The translations under genes were made by a program, and so were the position numbers. This document shows positions 8,847-15,133 of a stretch of DNA of 15,133 nucleotides, piece by piece. This stretch comes from a bacterium. GTDB taxonomy: Bacteria; Sysuimicrobiota; Sysuimicrobiia; Sysuimicrobiales; Kaftiobacteriaceae. Where the stretch lies: assembly GCA_044868695.1 (NCBI GenBank), contig JBIOWP010000069.1, forward strand, positions 1-15,133. The letters are read 5' to 3'. The notes beneath the pieces were generated by a model. That model saw only the letters and a list, made by a program, of their open reading frames with translations. It ran no database searches and was not told the DNA's origin. Positions within the stretch are counted from its first letter, which is position 1. Each line of letters opens with the position of its first letter.

Positions 8847-9818
8847 TCACGGCTCGGCAAAGTACTCGCCCATCCGCGCACGTGAGAGACCGTTGCCCAG
8901 CGCGAGCATCAGCTTGAGCCTGGCCTTGTGACCCGGCAGGTCGTGGCCGAAAATGATGCCGCGGCGCTGCAGGTCGCGGAATGCGCCTTCATATCCATAC
9001 ATGTCCCACATGTTGCCGGTGGCGCACCGCGTCGTCGCGACCACCGTCATCCCGGAGGCCAGCACCCGGTCGATCGCCGGCAGCAGCGGTGGGTTGACCC
9101 GGCCGCCGCCGAAGACCTCCAGGACCAATCCCCGCGAGCCGGCATCGGCGGCGCAGCGGATGAACTTATCGTCACAGTCCACGGTCAGCCGGACCAGATC
9201 CACTCGGGTCTCCAGCCGGAGGGGCAGCACGGTGCGGGGCGCCGGCTGCGTGAACAGATGCGGGCCGTCCCCATACAGCACCCCGATGGGACCGGTGGCC
9301 GGTGACTTGTAGGTGTCTTCCTTCTGGCCGTTGGTCTTGGTCACCCAGCGTGCTGAATGAATCTCTTCGTTCAGCACGACCAGGGCGCCCAGCCCGCGGG
9401 CGGCGTCACCGGAGGCCACGCGCACCGCATCGTAAAGGTTGCGGTACCCATCGAACCCCACCTGGGACGAGTTGCGCATCGCGCCGGTGAACACGACCGG
9501 CTTGTCGGATTCCACGGTGAGGTGGAGCAGGTAGGCGCTCTCCTCCAGTGTGTCAGTGCCGTGGGTGACCACCAGGCCGGCGATCTCCGGCCGAGCCAGA
9601 ATCTGGCGCGCCCGCTCGCTCATCTGCCGCATCGTCTCCAGGGTCATGAACGCCCCCGGCACGAACGCCAGCTCTACCGCCTCGACCTCCGCGACCCCGG
9701 CCAGCCCGGGAATGTCCTTCAACAGGTCTTCGCCCCGCAGAAACGGCCTCGCCCCTTTCCCGTCCACGTCACGGGTCGAGATCGTCCCGCCGGTCGTCAG
9801 CACCGCCACCCGCTTCAT
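8847..9818 (-). CDS. L-asparaginase/glutaminase family amidohydrolase, cytoplasmic (323 aa)
   Basis: TTGGTIS (catalytic Thr), VVTHGTDTLEESAY, KPVVFTGAMR, VTKTN (catalytic Lys), KARLKLMLAL. No signal peptide. GAGGAGG SD upstream. Confidence 0.9.
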   Translation of the reverse strand: MKRVAVLTTGGTISTRDVDGKGARPFLRGEDLLKDIPGLAGVAEVEAVELAFVPGAFMTLETMRQMSERARQILARPEIAGLVVTHGTDTLEESAYLLHLTVESDKPVVFTGAMRNSSQVGFDGYRNLYDAVRVASGDAARGLGALVVLNEEIHSARWVTKTNGQKEDTYKSPATGPIGVLYGDGPHLFTQPAPRTVLPLRLETRVDLVRLTVDCDDKFIRCAADAGSRGLVLEVFGGGRVNPPLLPAIDRVLASGMTVVATTRCATGNMWDMYGYEGAFRDLQRRGIIFGHDLPGHKARLKLMLALGNGLSRARMGEYFAEP

Positions 9819-9911
9819 CGCCGCTGCCTCCTCGCCGACACGCCCTCTTGGATGGTATTAGCCGCCGCCAGGGACTCGCCTACCGGCGTAGAACTACCAC
9901 CGTCCACAGCG
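9819..9911. promoter_or_regulatory. 93-bp divergent promoter region between the two Mo-hydroxylase operons
   Basis: Lies between head-to-head genes. Minus-strand TACCAT -10-like hexamer at 9852-9857. Short overlapping palindromes CTAC-CGGC-GTAG-AA-CTAC at 9880-9897. Confidence 0.5.
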
Positions 9912-12248
9912 ATGACGACGCGGTACTTCGGCGAGCGGATCCAGCGCAACGAAGACCCCCGCCTGCTGACCGGCCGCGGGACCTTCGTGGATGATCTCAC
10001 GCTGCCGGACCTCCTGCACGCCGCCGTCTTGCGCAGCCCGCACGCCCACGCCCGCATCCGCCGGATCAATGTCACACGGGCGGCATCATCGACCGGCGTG
10101 GCCGCTGTGTATACGCATGCCGATTTGCCGCCGGGGCTGCGGGAACCCCTGCCCAAACTGATCCCGCATCCGGCGCTCGTCCACCACAAGACCCAGTACG
10201 CGCTGGCCCCGGACAAGGTGCGCTACGTCGGGGAGCCGGTCGCACTCGTGGTGGCCGCCAGCCGCTACGCTGCCGAAGACGCGCTCGACCTTATCGAGGT
10301 CGAGTACGATCCCCTGCCGGCCGTCGTGGACCTGGAACAGGCCGTGGGCCCCGGTACCCCGCTGGTGCATGAGGACATCGGCACCAACGTGTGCGCCACC
10401 TACGCGCAGCGCGTCGGCAGCGTCGAGGAAGCGTTTGCCCGTGCCGATCACGTCTTCAGGGAACGGTTCGTCATGGACCGGGGAACCGCGGCACCGATGG
10501 AGTGCCGCGGCGTCGTGGCTCAGTGGGACCCGAAGATGCGGCAGCTCGTGGTCTGGGACTCGACGCAGGCGCCCATCCCCATCCGCAACGGGCTGGCCCG
10601 CCTGCTCGGGATCCCCCAGGCGGGCGTGCGTGTAATCGCCCCCGACATCGGGGGCGGCTTTGGGCCCAAGATCATGATGTTCTATCCCGAGGAGGTCCTG
10701 GTCCCGTACGCGGCGATGCAGCTCGGCCGGCCGGTGAAGTGGATCGAAGATCGGCGGGAAAATTTCGCTGCGATGAACCACGAGCGCGTGCAGATCCACG
10801 ATGCCGTCATTGCCGCCGACAGGACCGGGCGCATCGACGCCGTCAAGACGGTCTTCCTGTACGACGCCGGCGCATACATCCCGTACGGTCTCATCGTGCC
10901 GATCGTCGCCAGTACGACGCTGCCGGGCCCGTACAAGATCCCCAACTACTACTGCGAGTTCAAAGCGGTGTTCACGAACAAGACGATCGTCAGTCCCTAC
11001 CGGGGCGCAGGCCGGCCGCACGGCGTCTTCGTCATGGAACGGCTGATGGACCGCCTGGCGGCCGAGCTGCACCTCGACCGCGCAGAGGTGCGCCGGCGCA
11101 ACTTCATCCAGCCGGACGAGTTCCCGTACGACGTGGGATTGATCTACCAGGACAACGCACCGCTGATCTACGACAGCGGCAACTATCCGGCCACATTCGA
11201 CAAGGCGCTGGCGATGGTGGACTATGACGGCTGGCCGGACGCACAGGCGCGGTACCGGGCCGAGGGGCGGCGCGTGGGGTTGGGCATCGCCTGCTACGTG
11301 GAAGGGTCCGGGATCGGCCCATACGAGGGCTGCCGTGTGACGGTGGAGCCGACCGGCAAGGTCTACGCCGCCACGAGCGTCGGCACGCAGGGCCAGGGGC
11401 ATTTCACCTCCTTCGCGCAGATCATCGCCGACGCTCTGGCGGTCTCGGTCGAGGACGTGTCGATCATCACGGGCGACAGCGGCGCGTTCGGCTGGGGCAC
11501 CGGAACGTTCGCCAGCCGCGCGGCCGTCGTCGCAGGCAACGCCGTGCACCTGGCGGCGGTGGCCGTGCGCGAGAAAGCGCTGAAAGTGGCCGCCACGAAG
11601 CTCGAGGCGCGCGTCGACGATCTCGTGCTGGAGAACGGCAGGGTGGCCGTGCGCGGGGTCCCCGACCGGTCGCTGTCGCTGGGCGAGATTGCCGTGGCCG
11701 CGAACCCGCTGCGCGGCACGATCCCGGCGGAGTGGGAGCAGCCGGGGCTGGAGGCCAGCCGGTACTTCGCCCCGCCGCGGGGGACCTTTCCCAACGGCGT
11801 GCACGCGGCCCTCATTGAAGTCGACACCGAGACCGGCATGATCAAGATCCTCAGGTACATCGTGGTGCACGACTGCGGCCGGGTGATCAACCCGATGATT
11901 CTCGAAGGCCAGATCCGCGGCGGCGTGGCCCAGGGGATCGGTGGCGCGTTCTACGAGAAGCTGGTGTACGACGAGAGCGGACAGCTGCTCACGCAGACAT
12001 TCATGGACTACCTGCTGCCTACCGCGATGGAGGTGCCGGAGGTTGAGATCGCCCACCTGGAGACGCCCTCGCCGCTGAATCCGCTGGGGGTGAAGGGCGC
12101 GGGGGAGGCGGGGGTCATCCCGGTGCCGGCGCTGTTCGCCCAGGCCATCGACGACGCGCTGGCCGGCTCCGGGATCAGGATCACCGAGATGCCGCTGAGC
12201 CCGAACCGGCTGCTGGAACTGATACGCGATAAGAGGAATCACCTTTGA
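9912..12248 (+). CDS. coxL: Xanthine dehydrogenase family molybdopterin-binding large subunit, CoxL/CutA-like (778 aa)
   Basis: MTTRYFGERIQRNEDPRLLTGRG matches the family N-terminus, so the start is placed at ATG 9912; the ORF-track start at 9357 overlaps the asparaginase. Motifs: IGGGFGPK, PYRGAGRPHG (10995-11015), YDSGNY, QGQG, GTFASR, GQIRGG, KGAGEAG. Confidence 0.93.
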   Translation: MTTRYFGERIQRNEDPRLLTGRGTFVDDLTLPDLLHAAVLRSPHAHARIRRINVTRAASSTGVAAVYTHADLPPGLREPLPKLIPHPALVHHKTQYALAPDKVRYVGEPVALVVAASRYAAEDALDLIEVEYDPLPAVVDLEQAVGPGTPLVHEDIGTNVCATYAQRVGSVEEAFARADHVFRERFVMDRGTAAPMECRGVVAQWDPKMRQLVVWDSTQAPIPIRNGLARLLGIPQAGVRVIAPDIGGGFGPKIMMFYPEEVLVPYAAMQLGRPVKWIEDRRENFAAMNHERVQIHDAVIAADRTGRIDAVKTVFLYDAGAYIPYGLIVPIVASTTLPGPYKIPNYYCEFKAVFTNKTIVSPYRGAGRPHGVFVMERLMDRLAAELHLDRAEVRRRNFIQPDEFPYDVGLIYQDNAPLIYDSGNYPATFDKALAMVDYDGWPDAQARYRAEGRRVGLGIACYVEGSGIGPYEGCRVTVEPTGKVYAATSVGTQGQGHFTSFAQIIADALAVSVEDVSIITGDSGAFGWGTGTFASRAAVVAGNAVHLAAVAVREKALKVAATKLEARVDDLVLENGRVAVRGVPDRSLSLGEIAVAANPLRGTIPAEWEQPGLEASRYFAPPRGTFPNGVHAALIEVDTETGMIKILRYIVVHDCGRVINPMILEGQIRGGVAQGIGGAFYEKLVYDESGQLLTQTFMDYLLPTAMEVPEVEIAHLETPSPLNPLGVKGAGEAGVIPVPALFAQAIDDALAGSGIRITEMPLSPNRLLELIRDKRNHL

Positions 12249-13147
12249 AGCCGGCTTCTTTCCAATACGCTGCCCCCGCGACCGTCGAAGACACACTGGC
12301 GCTGCTGCGCGCCCACGGCGCGGAGGGAAAAGTCCTGGCCGGCGGCCAGAGCCTCGTGCCGCTGCTGAACATGCGTCTGGCCCGGCCGTCGGTGATCATC
12401 GACCTCAACGGGGTGAGCGAACTCGACTACATCCGCGTGGAAGACGGCGAGGTCGCCATCGGCGCCATGACCAGACAGCGGACCGCGGAGCGATCGCCCG
12501 TCGTGGCCCGCGCGCTGCCGCTCCTGGCCGACGCGCTGCCGCTGGTCGGGCATCTCCAGATCCGGACGCGGGGGACGATCGGCGGGAGCATGGCGCACGC
12601 CGACCCGGCTGCGGAACTGCCGGCCGTGCTGGCAGCGCTGGACGGGAGTGTCGTGGTGCGGGGCCGCCGGGGCGCGCGCCGCCTGCGCGCCGAGGCGTTC
12701 TTCGTGTCCTACCTCACAACGGCGCTCCGGCCGGACGAGCTGCTGGTGGAGGTCCGCCTCCCGGCCCACCAGCGGCACGGCACCGCGTTTCTGGAGGTTT
12801 CCCGCCGGCACGGCGACTATGCGCTCGTGGGCGTCGCAGCCGCCGTGCTCATGACCGGAGCGCGATGCACCCAGGCGCGCCTTGCGCTCACCGGGGTCGG
12901 TCCGACGCCGATCCGCGTTCCCGAGGCCGAGGCGGCGGTGACGGGACAGACGCTCACGGATGACGTGCTCGCCGAAGCCGGCAGGATCGTCACGGACCGT
13001 GTTGACCCGGACGGCGACATTCATGCGTCGGCAGCCTACCGGAAAGAGGTGGCCGGGGTGCTCGTCCGCCGCGCGCTGCGCGCCGCGGCGGCACGGGCCG
13101 CGAAGACAACGGGACCGGGGACCAGGGACCGGGGACCACAGAAATGA
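12245..13147 (+). CDS. coxM: Xanthine dehydrogenase family FAD-binding medium subunit (CoxM-like, 300 aa)
   Basis: MKPASFQYAAP, VLAGGQSLVPLLNMRLARP, IRTRGTIGGSMAHADPAAELP, RRHGDYA, DIHASAAYR. The TTG start overlaps the upstream stop (TTGA), with an AGAGGA SD. Confidence 0.94.
   Translation: MKPASFQYAAPATVEDTLALLRAHGAEGKVLAGGQSLVPLLNMRLARPSVIIDLNGVSELDYIRVEDGEVAIGAMTRQRTAERSPVVARALPLLADALPLVGHLQIRTRGTIGGSMAHADPAAELPAVLAALDGSVVVRGRRGARRLRAEAFFVSYLTTALRPDELLVEVRLPAHQRHGTAFLEVSRRHGDYALVGVAAAVLMTGARCTQARLALTGVGPTPIRVPEAEAAVTGQTLTDDVLAEAGRIVTDRVDPDGDIHASAAYRKEVAGVLVRRALRAAAARAAKTTGPGTRDRGPQK
13111..13138 (+). repeat. Tandem heptamer array (GGGACCR)x4 within the coxM 3' end
   Basis: GGGACCG GGGACCA GGGACCG GGGACCA, read directly; equivalent to two perfect 14-mers. 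Confidence 0.85.
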
Positions 13148-13704
13148 AGAAGCGCGTGCGCACCGCGAAGCGGACGACCCCTTCCCTCCTGACCAGCAAG
13201 GACATCACCGTGCGCGTCAACGGAGTACCGCGCACGGCGAGCGTGGACGTGCGGACGACGCTGGTGGATTTCATCCGCGGGCCTGTGGGCTTGACCGGCA
13301 CGCACGTCGGATGCGAACACGGCGTGTGCGGGGCGTGTACCGTGCTGGTGGACGGCGCACCGGTCCGCAGTTGCCTGATGTTCGCCGTGCAGGCCGACGG
13401 CGCCGAGGTCACTACGGTGGAGTCCATGGGAACACCGGACCGGCTGCACCCGATCCAGCAGGCGTTCCGCGACCACCACGGCCTGCAGTGCGGCTTCTGC
13501 ACTCCCGGATTTCTAATGACCGCGCTTGCGCTGCTGGGCGACAATCCGGCCCCGAACGACGGCGAGATTCGAGAAGCCTTGGCCGGCAATCTGTGCCGCT
13601 GCACCGGGTATCAGGGGATCGTGGAAGCGGTACGAGACGCGGCGGGGAAATTACGGGCCCCGGGCCTCGGGCGCCGGGCGCCGGACAAACATGAATCTTC
13701 GTAG
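13144..13704 (+). CDS. coxS: 2x[2Fe-2S] small subunit (CoxS-like, 186 aa)
   Basis: GCEHGVCGACTV...SC, QCGFCTPG and NLCRCTGY give all eight Cys ligands. ATGA overlap with coxM. Confidence 0.95.
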   Translation: MKKRVRTAKRTTPSLLTSKDITVRVNGVPRTASVDVRTTLVDFIRGPVGLTGTHVGCEHGVCGACTVLVDGAPVRSCLMFAVQADGAEVTTVESMGTPDRLHPIQQAFRDHHGLQCGFCTPGFLMTALALLGDNPAPNDGEIREALAGNLCRCTGYQGIVEAVRDAAGKLRAPGLGRRAPDKHESS

Positions 13705-13739
13705 CATTCGTCCCGGAGCCCGGTGCCCGGAGCCCGTTG
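13654..13739. repeat. Two inverted heptamer arrays forming an imperfect hairpin across the coxS / DUF2877 junction
   Basis: Left arm CGGGCCC CGGGCCT CGGGCGC CGGGCGC CGGAC (13654-13686). Right arm CCCGGAG CCCGGTG CCCGGAG CCCGTTG (13712-13739), whose reverse complement reads CGGGCTC CGGGCAC CGGGCTC CGGG. The AT-rich spacer contains ATG 13691 and TAG 13702-13704. Confidence 0.75.
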
Positions 13740-14578
13740 CTTCGTTGCGGGCGCGGTCGGTGAGCCGGCGGATCGCGGATGCCCTCAGCCGGCCGGCTTC
13801 GGGGCAAGTGCTGGCCGCGTTCGAGCGCAGCTGCTATGTGGATCTGGACGGGCAGATCGTCGCTCTGGTGGCTCCCGACCTGCTGAACGGCCCCCTGAAC
13901 ATCGTCATCGAATCACCCAACGGGACCTTCCAGCGCCTGGCTGCCGGCACGCGCGTGTCTTCTGCGGAGATAGCCCTCGACGGCGCGGCGATCTGGGACG
14001 CCGGCCTCAGACCCTGGCGGCGCCCTCCGCAGGACCTCATCAGGACCCACTTCGGCCTCCTCCGTCGCCTGCTCGCAGAGGCGTCGCCCGCAGGCGGCCT
14101 CGCGCGGGTGGCAATCGAGGAGCGGGGTCAGACCCCGGATCGAACGCCCGTGGAGGACCTGGCACTGCCGGCGCTGGTGACCCTCTCGAAGGGGTTCGCA
14201 CGGGGTGACCGGACTCTGATCTCCAGGGCGGCGGGGGCGCTTGTCGGCCTGGGTCCCGGCCTTACCCCCTCCGGCGACGACATCCTGGTGGGCGCCCTCC
14301 TCGCCGCCGCTGTGTGGCCCACGCCCGCTCGGGAGGCCATCCGTGACGCAATCGCCGCGGTTGTCCCAGGGCGCACGACACGGATCAGCGCAGCATACCT
14401 GGACGCCGCCGCCCGCGGTGAGGCCAGTGAGGCGTGGCATACTCTGCTTGCGGTCCTCCCGGATCCCGAGCCCGCGCCGGTGATCGGCGCCGCAAGGCGT
14501 CTGATGGCGTTCGGAGAAACGTCAGGGTCGGATATGCTGGCCGGATTCGTCCTCGTGGTGAACGCCCTCCTTGCGTGA
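13691..14578 (+). CDS. DUF2877 family protein (AllH/YlbF/YahE-like; oxamate carbamoyltransferase subunit family)
   Basis: LVGLGPGLTPSGDDILVG, RTTRIS and FGETSGSDMLAG are the DUF2877 signature motifs as I recall them. Start uncertain: ATG 13691, TTG 13745 or GTG 13760. Confidence 0.82.
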   Translation: MNLRSIRPGARCPEPVASLRARSVSRRIADALSRPASGQVLAAFERSCYVDLDGQIVALVAPDLLNGPLNIVIESPNGTFQRLAAGTRVSSAEIALDGAAIWDAGLRPWRRPPQDLIRTHFGLLRRLLAEASPAGGLARVAIEERGQTPDRTPVEDLALPALVTLSKGFARGDRTLISRAAGALVGLGPGLTPSGDDILVGALLAAAVWPTPAREAIRDAIAAVVPGRTTRISAAYLDAAARGEASEAWHTLLAVLPDPEPAPVIGAARRLMAFGETSGSDMLAGFVLVVNALLA

Positions 14579-15133
14579 CCGGCTCCGTGGATCTCTCGCC
14601 GTCATGGGTGCGGCGGCCCTTTGGGGCATCTCCGGGGTCGTCGCGAAATCATTGTTCAACCGGCAGATCGCGCCGTGGACCCTGCTGGAGATCAGGCTCA
14701 CGGGGGCATTTCTCACGCTGCTCGTCATCCTCATCGTGGGCAGACAGCCGGTGCGGGTCCCCGCGCAGATGATGGGCCGGCTGGTCGCCCTCGGGCTGGC
14801 CATGACATCCGCTCAGTTTACCTACTATCTGACGATCAGCCTGACCAATGTCTCCACCGCGCTGTTCTTGCAGTACACTGCGCCGGTCTTTGTCGCACTC
14901 TACGCGTGGACCGCGACCCGCGAGCCGATCACGCCGCTTCGGGGAGGCGCCATCCTGCTCGCCATCACCGGCAGCTACTTTCTGGTCACCGGGGGCGGCG
15001 GCATCCGCCTCCCCCCGCTGGGCATGCTCAGCGGATTCCTCTCCGCGGTCGCGTTTGGGCTGTACGCGATTCTCGGACGCGGGCGGATCCAGCAGGTCGG
15101 ATCGTGGACGATGCTGCTCTATGCCCTGGGATC
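14571..15133 (+). CDS. EamA/DMT family transporter (3' end runs off the window)
   Basis: Not in the ORF track. Hand translation from TTG 14571 (in-frame stop just upstream at 14559; alternative ATG 14604): MRDRLRGSLAVMGAAALWGISGVVAKSLFNRQIAPWTLLEIRLTGAFL...AQFTYYLTISLTNVSTALFLQYTAPVFVALYAW...GMLSGFLSAVAFGLYAILGR. The LWG, LQYTAP and repeated TM pattern are typical of EamA. Confidence 0.9.
   Translation, partial: MRDRLRGSLAVMGAAALWGISGVVAKSLFNRQIAPWTLLEIRLTGAFLTLLVILIVGRQPVRVPAQMMGRLVALGLAMTSAQFTYYLTISLTNVSTALFLQYTAPVFVALYAWTATREPITPLRGGAILLAITGSYFLVTGGGGIRLPPLGMLSGFLSAVAFGLYAILGRGRIQQVGSWTMLLYALG

Noticed and set aside
6600..8885. 761-aa ORF on the + strand
   Set aside because: Antisense shadow of acetoacetate-CoA ligase. 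It has no recognisable motifs, and long stop-free antisense frames are expected with high-GC codon bias.
9357..9911. Apparent 185-aa N-terminal extension of L2
   Set aside because: Overlaps the asparaginase gene on the other strand. Family similarity begins at MTTRYFG (9912).
3977..12248. Calling the cluster a true aerobic CO dehydrogenase
   Set aside because: Neither large subunit has the form I AYXCSFR motif, and the gene order is not M-S-L. The cox symbols are used only as family labels.
10086..12296. 736-aa ORF on the - strand
   Set aside because: Antisense shadow of the L2 large subunit, with no family motifs.
14434..14772. 112-aa ORF, including a GTG at 14575 that overlaps the DUF2877 stop
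   Set aside because: Wrong frame. The hydrophobic EamA sequence is in the frame of TTG 14571 / ATG 14604.

Overview
High-GC bacterial window holding a molybdenum-hydroxylase (xanthine dehydrogenase/aerobic CO dehydrogenase superfamily) gene cluster in three transcription units plus one inverted gene. Leftward unit 1 is coxD-like MoxR ATPase, coxE-like VWA protein and an XdhC/CoxF protein cut off by the window edge. A 6-TM class III adenylyl cyclase lies on the opposite strand. Leftward unit 2 is an asparaginase-family enzyme, acetoacetate-CoA ligase, coxG and a large Mo subunit with no medium or small subunit beside it. The divergent rightward unit is large, medium and small subunits, a DUF2877/AllH-like protein and an EamA transporter (truncated). 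Both large subunits have YRGAGR active-site loops rather than the form I AYXCSFR, so neither is a bona fide Cu-Mo CO dehydrogenase. The cluster more likely encodes an uncharacterised catabolic pathway (inference). Non-coding structure includes a 71-bp REP-like palindrome and several 7-bp-period repeat arrays at gene junctions, some of which are translated into protein termini. No rRNA, tRNA, CRISPR array or transposase was seen. All family calls come from motif recognition by eye, not from database searches.
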